DNA of 64,000 nt from an uncultured virus (IMG/VR IMGVR_UViG_3300028559_000027). Its lineage: Duplodnaviria > Heunggongvirae > Uroviricota > Caudoviricetes. The notes beneath the pieces are model-generated. The model was not told the DNA's origin. It ran no database searches and saw only the letters and a list, made by a program, of their open reading frames with translations. The translations under genes were made by a program, and so were the position numbers. Where the stretch lies: the IMG/VR virus record IMGVR_UViG_3300028559_000027. One strand, 5' to 3'. Shown here piece by piece: positions 8,992 to 18,289 of this stretch. How positions within the stretch are numbered: position 1 is the first letter of the stretch; every line of letters begins with the position of its first letter.

Positions 8992-11748
8992 TTATAGTCT
9001 GCCTACGGCGACCTCTATTATACCTTCGCCGGTAAAGTTTGCTAATGATTTACCTATAACTGTTCCCATACCAGGATTGTTTGCTGGTCTAGCATAACCA
9101 TCACCACCTGACACTAACATATCACCTTTACTTATTGTTCCACGAACTTTAGTTGGTACACGACCTTGTAGAGCTAACGCTACTATATGTTCACCTTGGC
9201 ATTTCATATTCATAACATATGCTGGATCAGTAGATACTACACCTGCTACTTTATTTGTTCCATCTTGTGCAAGTGTAACTTCTTTATCTCCGCCAAAAGC
9301 TAAAACAGTTCCCGGCTCATATACAGCATCTGCCTCATAATATTCTGCTAAGTCAGCATATGTCGCATTAAGTCTTGATCCTGCACTTAATGAGAAGTTA
9401 CCAGTAAATGTTCCTGGATTAGTATTTGATCCAGTAGTAAATGTTACATTACTACCACCAATTATGCCTGCATTTGCTGTATTTAAATTACCTACATTAG
9501 CATTACCTGAAACACTTAGGCTTGTTAAGGTACCTATGCTTGTAATATTGGGCTGTGCATTAGTTGTTACAATACCGGCTGTAGTTGCACTACCACTAAC
9601 ATTGCCAGTGACATTACCACTAACATTGCCAGTAAACAAAGTTGCAGATATATTACCTGCAGTAATATTACCGCTAACCGATAAATTTCCTGTAATATTG
9701 GCAAGGGTGTTAGTCACAACAACAACGTTAGGTGTTCCTGACACACTAATGACTACATTACTATTTGCACCAACTGAAACATTACTGTTACCATTAACAA
9801 TACTTGAGCCGGCGGCTATATTGATATTACTTAATAAACCACCATCACCTAAGAATACGGCATTGCCGCCTACATTACCACCAATTGTACCCAATGATAA
9901 TAGATTACCTACGTTAGCAGTACCAGTAGTAGTAATAGTATTAGATCCAAAACTTGCCAAGAACGTAGCAACATTACTGTTCCCATATGATACGGCTGCC
10001 GGAGCAAATACACCATTACCATATAATACATTGCTATTGCTACCATCTAAGTTTGCAGTTGCGATATTACCTAAGCCAGAAACATTAGCGGCTGCTACTG
10101 CAAATGCTGTATTAGCAACATTGGCGTTGGGTACAAAACCCGATACATTAGCACCAGCAATGCCAGTTAGTGCTTGACCATTACCTATGATATTACCTAC
10201 ACTTACATTACCGGTTGTAGTAATTGTGTTACTACCATAACTTGCTAAGAATGTTGCTACATCACTATTGCCATACGTTGCGGCAGCTGGAGCAAATACA
10301 CCGTTACCATACAATATATTGCTTGTACTGCCGTCTAAGTTAATAGATGCAATGTTGCCTGCACCAGAAACATTTGCAAGTGCTACACTATTTGCAGTTG
10401 AAGCATAACTGACTGCACCGGTTACATTGGCACCTTGTATATTACTTAAATTGTTACCACTACCTATAAAGTAGTTAGCTGTAATACTATTTGCACCATC
10501 TAAGTTACCAGTAGTAATGTTACCGCTAACTGATAAACTACTTAATATACCAACGCTTGTGATGTTAGGTTGAGCATTAGTTGTTACTGTGCCTGCTGTT
10601 GTGGCATTACCTGATATATTTCCAGATATGTTTGCTGTTAGTGTACCTGAAATAATAACGTTAGTTGCATTGGCACTAATTGTTTGAGTACCAATGTATA
10701 TTGTACTGTTAGCCAAATACAAATCATTAAATCTATTTGTGTTATTACCTAAATTGTATGTTATGTCTGTGCTTGGTGTGATATTACCTGCAACAACTAA
10801 ACCAGCAAGAGTACCTGTACTTGTGATATTTGGTTGTGATGCTGTCGTCAATGTGCCAGTTAATAAATTAGCTGATACATTACCATTTGATACTACAACA
10901 CTACTATTAGCTATTTCTACATTACCGTTTGCATATTTTAATAAAGCAGAACCAGTTAATACACCACTGACATTATATTGAATAGATCCGTCTACTCCAG
11001 CTGCCGGTGAGCTTCCACCGGTTCCAAACGAACTGGTTGCAGTAGCATTTGGAGAATTAGTGTATGTTAAATTTGCGCCATTGAATGCGTTAGCGAGTGT
11101 GTCATCGGTATATAAACTTACATTACCAGTAGTACCAAAATTGTTAGCTACTTTAACATATAAAGTTTCACCGTTGATTTCACTATTAGCATTACCGTTA
11201 ACACCTAAAATTGTAATTGCTGTACCACTTACATAACTAACATTGTTAGGATTAAACGTCATTATTGCAGGGCTAGCATTTGATATAGCTATAATATTTG
11301 CAACTACAGTAGTCTTAGGGCTCCAAGATAAGGTACCAGAACCATCTGTTGTTAATACATATCCAATCGCACCTCCGCCAATTTTAACATTACTAACGCT
11401 ACCTAAATGTACCGGTATACCTGTATATGCTGCCGTATTTCCCGGAGAGTTAGCATTACCACCTGTATTTACCCACGAACCAGTAACACTATCATATCCT
11501 AATATTTGTCCAGGTTGCAATGTGTTTGCAGTTATATTAACATTACTATTGCCACTACCTTGTACTTGACTAAAACTAATCTCTGAGTAGCTAGTAAGTA
11601 CTTCAATGTTTTCGGGAGTGCCAGTAGTTTTACCAATGAATAGTCGGCTAGCATCTTGTGCAAAGCCAAATTGCGCTTCATCTAATTGTGGCAGGTCTAC
11701 AAGGTTACCTGAACGCTGTTGGATTTTCGATATCTGTATAATGGCCAT
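8992..11748 (-). CDS. Tail fibre with C-terminal chaperone/autocleavage-like domain
   Basis: N-terminal IQQRSG..DLPQL..FGF...RLFIG attachment motif; N/G/T/S-rich repeats (QPNITS.G x3); C-terminal ADLAEYY..GTV..GVVST.P..ALQGRVP. Confidence 0.8.
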   Translation of the reverse strand: MAIIQISKIQQRSGNLVDLPQLDEAQFGFAQDASRLFIGKTTGTPENIEVLTSYSEISFSQVQGSGNSNVNITANTLQPGQILGYDSVTGSWVNTGGNANSPGNTAAYTGIPVHLGSVSNVKIGGGAIGYVLTTDGSGTLSWSPKTTVVANIIAISNASPAIMTFNPNNVSYVSGTAITILGVNGNANSEINGETLYVKVANNFGTTGNVSLYTDDTLANAFNGANLTYTNSPNATATSSFGTGGSSPAAGVDGSIQYNVSGVLTGSALLKYANGNVEIANSSVVVSNGNVSANLLTGTLTTASQPNITSTGTLAGLVVAGNITPSTDITYNLGNNTNRFNDLYLANSTIYIGTQTISANATNVIISGTLTANISGNISGNATTAGTVTTNAQPNITSVGILSSLSVSGNITTGNLDGANSITANYFIGSGNNLSNIQGANVTGAVSYASTANSVALANVSGAGNIASINLDGSTSNILYGNGVFAPAAATYGNSDVATFLASYGSNTITTTGNVSVGNIIGNGQALTGIAGANVSGFVPNANVANTAFAVAAANVSGLGNIATANLDGSNSNVLYGNGVFAPAAVSYGNSNVATFLASFGSNTITTTGTANVGNLLSLGTIGGNVGGNAVFLGDGGLLSNINIAAGSSIVNGNSNVSVGANSNVVISVSGTPNVVVVTNTLANITGNLSVSGNITAGNISATLFTGNVSGNVTGNVSGSATTAGIVTTNAQPNITSIGTLTSLSVSGNANVGNLNTANAGIIGGSNVTFTTGSNTNPGTFTGNFSLSAGSRLNATYADLAEYYEADAVYEPGTVLAFGGDKEVTLAQDGTNKVAGVVSTDPAYVMNMKCQGEHIVALALQGRVPTKVRGTISKGDMLVSGGDGYARPANNPGMGTVIGKSLANFTGEGIIEVAVGRL

Positions 11749-11783
11749 AAGTGTAATTCTTTGAAGATTTACACTTATTTATC
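11747..11783 (-). promoter_or_regulatory. Hairpin over the tail-fibre start region, overlapping a late promoter
   Basis: ATAAGTGTAA (11747-11756) / TTACACTTAT (11769-11778); GATAAATA at 11776-11783. Confidence 0.6.
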
Positions 11784-11791
11784 TTAAAACA

Positions 11792-12478
11792 TTATAAGAA
11801 CTTCATATAGTATTGTTCAACCCGATTGAACCAAATGTCAGTATACTTGACAAACTCAGGTCCTTCTAATATGAATTCCTGATAGAGGTTATCAGCAGAA
11901 CACATAAAAATGACACCTTTACGTATCTTTGTCCCGTGAACTTCATTGTGTGCATTAGCATAAGCCGCTAACTGAACAAAGTAATCATCAATCCATTCAC
12001 GTTTTTTGGGCTTGTTTGTTTGTTTATGGTCCATAATAGCGTCACTACCATCGTGTACACCTACTAAGTCTGTCGTCCCTGCATAAACTTTCGGATAATA
12101 GAGAGGAACTTCTGTACCCCAATATTCACTGCATTTAACAAGACCTTGATTAATGATTGATTGGGCCATTTTATGGCTTTGCAAGCTATACGGATTGCTT
12201 CCGGGCTCATTGAGTACTCCTGTCTTAATGTAATCTTCAAGCCACTTGTGCATTCGTGTCCCACGACCTGCGGCTTCTGTTGTGATTTCTTGTGCTTTCT
12301 GAACACCAACTCGTTTACGCCAATTGTTGAGTGCTTGTTTAGATTCTTCACTTTTAGTAGCATCTAATATAGTAGTGACACTTGGGAGTTTTTCACCGTC
12401 AGGTGTAGCGTATTTGCGTGAGCCATTTATTGTTTCCCTTAGTAAGGGTGTGTAATTATATTTGTTTGGAATGTACAT
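11792..12478 (-). CDS. PD-(D/E)XK exonuclease (MGME1/RecB-like)
   Basis: PSVTTIL, RGT.MH, AGTTD, D.K and QLAAY motifs; likely start MYIPNK at 12478. Confidence 0.85.
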   Translation of the reverse strand: MYIPNKYNYTPLLRETINGSRKYATPDGEKLPSVTTILDATKSEESKQALNNWRKRVGVQKAQEITTEAAGRGTRMHKWLEDYIKTGVLNEPGSNPYSLQSHKMAQSIINQGLVKCSEYWGTEVPLYYPKVYAGTTDLVGVHDGSDAIMDHKQTNKPKKREWIDDYFVQLAAYANAHNEVHGTKIRKGVIFMCSADNLYQEFILEGPEFVKYTDIWFNRVEQYYMKFL

Positions 12479-12526
12479 TGTGTTATTATACATTATTGTT
12501 ATAAATTGTAAAGAGTAAAGGGATAA

Positions 12527-13336
12527 TTATAAATTTAGTTTAGATTTCATAAGTTTTGCAAAATCATCGTGTATATATTCTGGATAATGAGAATTAGGTA
12601 GAATAGGTGGTAAGGGATTAGTTTTAGTATATTCCCATATAGCGGTGATAGGTATGTCTAAATTAATTCCTAAATAACTTAATAGTGATTGAATATCAGG
12701 ATTATTTATAAATTCTAAGTTTTTCCAATCGTTGAGAGTAGATGAACTATGAGAAATTATTTCGATTTCCGTTATTCCAAAATTTAGTAAACTTGTCTTA
12801 ATAGATGCTAAATCTAACAAAAATCTAAAAAAATATCCATATTCTGATTCTAGTTTTAATCTAAGTTTTAAATATATCTTTTCAATTGATGAGCCATTTA
12901 ATAATTTTTGTATTCCTATATTATTATAAGTGGTTCGTGCACCATTTGGTAGTGTGTCAAATATACAATCTCTAGTGTATTCTGAAATTTGTATTATTGC
13001 AGTATCTACTTTAATATTATTTTTTTTAAAATTTAACAAATCTAAAAAAACTTTAGCTCTCCACATTGCTGGACCAGAACCACCGAATGAATGATTAATC
13101 ATATTGACATTAGCAAGTGATGCTAATTTGGCAGGCCATGCTCTTTTCAATTCATACTCATATTTGTCATAATTTTTCCTAGATTCTAGCTCAATTTGAT
13201 AATCTTTACTTGTTAACCATTTATAATATTCGGTAGTATTTTTGGGATTAAATTTATAAAATGAATTAAATGTGTGGTCTTCTAATTCTGCACCTGCTGA
13301 AAAACTGTCACCAATTACGTATATAGTTTTAGACAT
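12527..13336 (-). CDS. SGNH-hydrolase-like hypothetical protein
   Basis: VIGDSFSAG block I, N.S.GG.G and a C-terminal HY/HD; very AT-rich. Confidence 0.5.
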   Translation of the reverse strand: MSKTIYVIGDSFSAGAELEDHTFNSFYKFNPKNTTEYYKWLTSKDYQIELESRKNYDKYEYELKRAWPAKLASLANVNMINHSFGGSGPAMWRAKVFLDLLNFKKNNIKVDTAIIQISEYTRDCIFDTLPNGARTTYNNIGIQKLLNGSSIEKIYLKLRLKLESEYGYFFRFLLDLASIKTSLLNFGITEIEIISHSSSTLNDWKNLEFINNPDIQSLLSYLGINLDIPITAIWEYTKTNPLPPILPNSHYPEYIHDDFAKLMKSKLNL

Positions 13337-13341
13337 GACTA

Positions 13342-14241
13342 TTAGTTGTATTGAAAGTTAAATCCAAGAATTTTTAGATACTCGTTTATCTGTTTGATTT
13401 GTTTAGGGCCGCAATTTTTTAAAAATCTACGGTGAAAGCCAAATATCTTTACTCTATCATTTATCGTAATTAGTTTATCAACTGAAAAATTTTCATCTAA
13501 AAATAAATCAAAACTAGAAGGGGAACATGAAATATGTTTATTTTTTATATGATTGTAATCAATTATTGTATTTTTTCCCAGGTCAATTTTATCATATGCT
13601 AAAAAAGAATATAAAATAAATTCACTTATACCATAATTTATCTTACGACCATCGATGAATAGAAGTTTATAAAAAATGTCATCTAGTATATTAGAATTTT
13701 TCAATACTTCGTATTCTATCTTAAACGGTGTTTCTGGTTTTAAAAAATATAAAGGTGTTACCTTTAAATCCAGCATATTTTTATACTGTGCTATAGCATC
13801 TACCCAACTTTTATCATTTCCATTTTTATATGGTTGATAGTCAAGGTAATTGTCGGGAGGTTCATTTACAAATTCTATAATGCCTGAGCCTATATAATTA
13901 TCCCATTCATCTATGTTAGATGGCTTTATGAAGAAATTTTTACTATCTAATATTAAATAGTCATCTTTAATTAAGTTTGCTATTTCAAGCTTGCATACTT
14001 GCTGAGTAAAATGACCATATATATTTTCTTTATTTTCAAACAGTTGTTGCTGTGATATAATCTTTAACTCATGTCTGCTATAAAAGGGACTCAGTAATTC
14101 TTCCCACGCTTCTATGTCAGTTATTTTTTCATTTACTATAACCCAATGACAACATGGTTCTAAAAATTTATGTATGCTTTCAGCTTGCAATAACATTAAA
14201 TGACGTTCCTTATTACAAGTTACTGTTACTAAATGTTTCAC
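13342..14241 (-). CDS. Glycosyltransferase-like protein (DUF6492-like)
   Basis: G..TQQ..KL and YLILDSKNFFIK motifs. Confidence 0.55.
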   Translation of the reverse strand: MKHLVTVTCNKERHLMLLQAESIHKFLEPCCHWVIVNEKITDIEAWEELLSPFYSRHELKIISQQQLFENKENIYGHFTQQVCKLEIANLIKDDYLILDSKNFFIKPSNIDEWDNYIGSGIIEFVNEPPDNYLDYQPYKNGNDKSWVDAIAQYKNMLDLKVTPLYFLKPETPFKIEYEVLKNSNILDDIFYKLLFIDGRKINYGISEFILYSFLAYDKIDLGKNTIIDYNHIKNKHISCSPSSFDLFLDENFSVDKLITINDRVKIFGFHRRFLKNCGPKQIKQINEYLKILGFNFQYN

Positions 14242-14558
14242 ACTCTAAAACTTTCCCCACAACCACATTTATCACGTTCGTTTGGGTTTTGAAACTCAAA
14301 CCCTTCATTCAACCCATTACGTGCATAGTCAATAATCATACCTTGAACGTATGCACAACTTTTTGGATCGACGTATAAAGTACAACCATTGCAGTCTACT
14401 TTAATATCGTATTCTAGTGGGTTATCAACATATTCAAGCACATAAGCAAGACCTGAGCATCCTGTAGTTTTTACACCTATACGAATGCCAAGACCTTTGC
14501 CCCGTTTTTGTATTGTCTGTTGTATTTTTTTTGACGCTTTGTCGGTTATACTAATCAT
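14238..14558 (-). CDS. iscA: Fe-S cluster A-type carrier
   Basis: GVKTTGCSGLAY and NPN...CGCGESF. Confidence 0.95.
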   Translation of the reverse strand: MISITDKASKKIQQTIQKRGKGLGIRIGVKTTGCSGLAYVLEYVDNPLEYDIKVDCNGCTLYVDPKSCAYVQGMIIDYARNGLNEGFEFQNPNERDKCGCGESFRV

Positions 14559-14884
14559 TGCGGTTGTTGCATTGCATTTTGAGCCATTTGTGCTACGATT
14601 TTTTGATTCTCGTCAGGCTGTGCTGCCGGAGCAGGCTCACTACCCTTAAAAATAACATTATCGCCCTGAATGTTTGCTATACTCTTGTTTAGTGGAGGAT
14701 TTTTAATCATATTATATAAGTCAGACTTATCAATAACTATATCATTATCTCTGTAGTATTGCAACAATTCTGGAACAGTCCAATCACTATGAACTTCACC
14801 CGAGTCAATCTCACTTTTAAGCTGACTAGTTGCGGCGACAAGTCTAATTAATAGTGGACTACCGGCAAACTCATATAATCGCAT
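14555..14884 (-). CDS. Hypothetical protein
   Basis: Operon ORF; N-terminus MRLYEF. Confidence 0.6.
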   Translation of the reverse strand: MRLYEFAGSPLLIRLVAATSQLKSEIDSGEVHSDWTVPELLQYYRDNDIVIDKSDLYNMIKNPPLNKSIANIQGDNVIFKGSEPAPAAQPDENQKIVAQMAQNAMQQPQ

Positions 14885-14886
14885 GA

Positions 14887-15588
14887 TTATCTCTTAGGAC
14901 GACCAACACCACCTAGAGGCTCTTCTTCAGGAGCTTCGATGCCAATGTCCATTTCTTCTTCGCCACCACCTGGTAGTGGTTCTTCAACATCGAGTTCAGC
15001 ACCCATCTCACCACCTGCCATATCACCACCCGCATCAAACGCTTCAGTACCACCTTGACCGGTGATGCCATTCAATGCTGTTTTCAATGTTGCTTGACTT
15101 TGTGTCAATGCGGCTTGTAATGAAGTTAATGCTTCAGAAACTTGTTGATTGAATGTTTCACTTTCGTTAACACCAATCTCAGATTGAACTGAGTCTGTTA
15201 ATGCCGGTAATTCTTTTACTAACATATCACTAACTTCTTCAACCATTTTCTGAACTTGGTCTACTAAATCTTGCGCTGCCAAAACAACCTGTGACTTTTC
15301 AACTTCTTCGTTCTCTACAACGATACGTGGCTTACGTAGACTGATTTCAGCAAAATGCTTACTCAGTGCTTGTTCCATAAACACAAGTTTTAGGTATGAA
15401 GAATTCTGTTGACTTTCATAGAAACCTGTAGATTTCTTTGTTTCAGTCATTAGGCCGCGAACTTTATTAAGCATGTCTCTTGATTGAGCATACGACATTT
15501 TACGAACATTAAACGGAACGTCATAATGCTCTTTTAACGCTTTAGTAGCGTTCTCTATTGGGTTTTTGTCAAAATCAGTTAATTTCAT
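14887..15588 (-). CDS. Hypothetical protein, possibly prohead core
   Basis: Helical core, acidic G/E-rich tail, late motif upstream near 15615. Confidence 0.55.
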   Translation of the reverse strand: MKLTDFDKNPIENATKALKEHYDVPFNVRKMSYAQSRDMLNKVRGLMTETKKSTGFYESQQNSSYLKLVFMEQALSKHFAEISLRKPRIVVENEEVEKSQVVLAAQDLVDQVQKMVEEVSDMLVKELPALTDSVQSEIGVNESETFNQQVSEALTSLQAALTQSQATLKTALNGITGQGGTEAFDAGGDMAGGEMGAELDVEEPLPGGGEEEMDIGIEAPEEEPLGGVGRPKR

Positions 15589-15637
15589 AGTTGTATTCCA
15601 AGACTAATATAAAGTATTTATCTTTTTTCATTTATTG

Positions 15638-16156
15638 TTAGGATTTTGAATCAAATCTTTTCTGTTGCCAAGCATATGAATTTGCTATATATTGATTTAG
15701 TTCATCACTCATGGCTTTTTTTTGAAACTTATCTTCATTCAATTTAGCAAGATATATCAATTTATCCTCTGTTTTTTTGGCTTTTTTGAACAGTTTGGAA
15801 TGAATGGAGATATGTACTTCTACGCTACTTAAATGCATATCCAAATCAATAACTCTATTTGCTAACTGGTATTTACCTATTTTATCCAAAACACACCAGC
15901 ATACTGCATTCTTTATACTAAAAAAGGAGTTAACGTCATCGCCGTTATTTAACGACACAACAATGTCATTTGCATCTTTCTTTTTAATATGATATTTGTT
16001 AAACAAACTGTATGTACCGTCAATATCTTTAAAAATTACAACATCTTGCAATTTAGCAAATTCTGAATTTGATATCATTTTATCTAGTTTTCTATCAATT
16101 TTATTAACATCAATTCTCATTGTATAACACCTTAAAATAAATATTTCGTAATTCAT
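15638..16156 (-). CDS. Hypothetical protein
   Basis: ORF track; true start probably MRIDVN. Confidence 0.6.
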   Translation of the reverse strand: MNYEIFILRCYTMRIDVNKIDRKLDKMISNSEFAKLQDVVIFKDIDGTYSLFNKYHIKKKDANDIVVSLNNGDDVNSFFSIKNAVCWCVLDKIGKYQLANRVIDLDMHLSSVEVHISIHSKLFKKAKKTEDKLIYLAKLNEDKFQKKAMSDELNQYIANSYAWQQKRFDSKS

Positions 16157-16565
16157 CTGATGAATCTAAAAACGCAGGTAATTTATCCCAAGCATTTTTA
16201 GTTTTAATCATAGGAACACTATCACAATCAGAGTATAATGCACCCAAATCAGAAGTACCATCATTAAACACACTAGGATGTTGAATATCAAAATCAAAGG
16301 TCCAGCAAATTATTTGCTCGTTATCCTCTAACAAAAATCCAAAATTCTCAAACTCATCAAACTTAATCTTATTGAAGATTGGTGTTGTGATGTTTTCTGG
16401 CTGACTACGTAATGAAACAGCCTGTATAATAGTATCAAAATTACACTGTGTATTTCTGTTATGTAGCCAAACTTCAGGATCATCATCCATTCCTGGTTTA
16501 GAACGATTGACAATACCAGTCTGTGTAATATCAAACAATGTATAACAGCTTACTTTAAAACTCAT
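16110..16565 (-). CDS. Hypothetical protein
   Basis: Likely start MSFKV at 16565, 5 nt after CTAAATA. Confidence 0.6.
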   Translation of the reverse strand: MSFKVSCYTLFDITQTGIVNRSKPGMDDDPEVWLHNRNTQCNFDTIIQAVSLRSQPENITTPIFNKIKFDEFENFGFLLEDNEQIICWTFDFDIQHPSVFNDGTSDLGALYSDCDSVPMIKTKNAWDKLPAFLDSSDELRNIYFKVLYNEN

Positions 16566-16581
16566 ACTTGTATTTAGAGGC

Positions 16582-16611
16582 AAAAAAAATCCGAGAATAA
16601 ATCTCGGATTT
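16582..16611 (-). terminator. Intrinsic terminator
   Basis: AAATCCGAGA/TCTCGGATTT stem followed by a U-run on the minus strand. Confidence 0.8.
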
Positions 16612-16631
16612 CTTTGAAGTTAAACTTCTGA

Positions 16632-17054
16632 TTAGCTTGCGCTTGTAGCTGTAGAAGCTAAACGGAAACCAACGTTTGTTACAACAGCACCGCTTAGGTC
16701 ATAACCATTAACTGTGCCTAAAGCACGAACTTGTGCTTGTAGTGCAGCCGCTGTATATGCGCCAACTGGATAAACAGCAACAGACATATTAGTTGTACTT
16801 GTTGTAGCTTGAACTGCATAGATTGCAACTGTAGCTAATTGCTCAATAGAAACCATAACTTGTGCAACCATTTCATCAACACCAAGTTGTGTTGTAGGAG
16901 CGGCGCCTAAGTCAAAACCGAAGAAGTCTAACGCTGGACCATATAAGTTAGTAGTCGTGCCGTTAGCTGCCGTGTCTGGAGCTACTGGACCATTTTGTAC
17001 GTCAATTGCGAATACTGGTTGTGCATCGCCGTGTGTTCTTGTAAAACCTGCCAT
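16632..17054 (-). CDS. Probable small virion protein
   Basis: A/T/V-rich; AAGGA SD, late motif near 17100 and own terminator. Confidence 0.55.
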   Translation of the reverse strand: MAGFTRTHGDAQPVFAIDVQNGPVAPDTAANGTTTNLYGPALDFFGFDLGAAPTTQLGVDEMVAQVMVSIEQLATVAIYAVQATTSTTNMSVAVYPVGAYTAAALQAQVRALGTVNGYDLSGAVVTNVGFRLASTATSAS

Positions 17055-17134
17055 AATAAAATTCCTTTAAAAAGTTTGAATCATATAGATTCATACTATT
17101 ATTTATGCCAGGCAATAAAAAAAGTCGGTTTTGG

Positions 17135-18289
17135 CTATTGTCTTCCAGCCAAATTCTGACGACTAAAGCCCATTCTATCCACAAATTTAAGACCGTGACT
17201 CACGAAACCCTCTTGAGTTTGTGTACCATCATCTAAATAACCTTTTACAGGGGCTGTTTTTGCGGCTTTATTAAGCTGGTCTACAATGTTCATTTTGAGG
17301 TTGTATATAGCTACCCAGATAGTAAATGCACCTACCAATCCTGCTTTATTGGCTTCTAAATGTTGACTTATTTTCTCACGCATTTTATCAGTCATTGGTC
17401 TTGATTGAACATATTCAATAAATCCTGCATATAAATCGTTCAAGTCTCCGGCTACAATACGCTTATTAATGTAAGTAGTGAATAACTGATTAAACGTATT
17501 TCTTGCCTGAGGTGCAGTACTCATTAACTGTTCTACTGCCTGACCATATTTTTGTATAGATGCTTGTGCTTTTTTAAACAATGCTGAATTTAATTTCAAA
17601 TTAGGTGTGATCGGCATTTTAGCAGGTAATATAGCTACATCACTATTATTCTTAAGATTGCCAATAGTACCATCTAACGGTGTTGATTGATCGGTTGTTA
17701 ATGCATCCGGTGGAATATATCCATGCACAACTATCCCTGAATTTTTACCATCTAAAAATTTACCTAAATCACTGTTTGCATCTACTGTATATGTAATACC
17801 TTTAGGATTTGCTTTGAATGTGTATAGCCCGTTCTTTTCTACTAATGGTTTACTAAACAATAAATCACCCCAATAATAGCCCTTACTTTTATCTGCTTTT
17901 GATAGTCCAGGCCATATTTGTGCAATTAATTGATGTAAGTCTGAACGATTTACACCACGTGCCATATCATATTGTGCAAACTGCTCTGGGCTGAATACTT
18001 GACGACCAGTACCATCTTTCTTGTTGAACATATGCTTGTCTAATATAGTAAACTTCCCGTTACTATTACGTCCAAAAATTAATGCAGGATATCCGTCCCA
18101 TTTAATTGTTACCTTTTCAGGCTTAGCTACAGTATCAGCCATTGCTTGTATAGCTTGATTGGCACCTTGTGTACCACGTAAGAAAATTAAATCTTCAGGG
18201 TGATCCAAGTGACCTTTATCTTCTGTAATGATAGTGTTAATACTATCTACTTTATTTCTAAGATAAGCTAATGATTCGGATAGATTCAT
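17135..18289 (-). CDS. DUF6267-like protein with ligase/nucleotidyltransferase-like motifs
   Basis: HLDHPEDL, TIKWDG, EGFV, LKFVDR. Confidence 0.6.
   Translation of the reverse strand: MNLSESLAYLRNKVDSINTIITEDKGHLDHPEDLIFLRGTQGANQAIQAMADTVAKPEKVTIKWDGYPALIFGRNSNGKFTILDKHMFNKKDGTGRQVFSPEQFAQYDMARGVNRSDLHQLIAQIWPGLSKADKSKGYYWGDLLFSKPLVEKNGLYTFKANPKGITYTVDANSDLGKFLDGKNSGIVVHGYIPPDALTTDQSTPLDGTIGNLKNNSDVAILPAKMPITPNLKLNSALFKKAQASIQKYGQAVEQLMSTAPQARNTFNQLFTTYINKRIVAGDLNDLYAGFIEYVQSRPMTDKMREKISQHLEANKAGLVGAFTIWVAIYNLKMNIVDQLNKAAKTAPVKGYLDDGTQTQEGFVSHGLKFVDRMGFSRQNLAGRQ

Noticed and set aside
9464..11569. Plus-strand ORFs up to 237 aa inside the tail fibre gene
   Set aside because: Antisense shadows of biased codons. 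The same applies to most short overlapping ORFs in the track.
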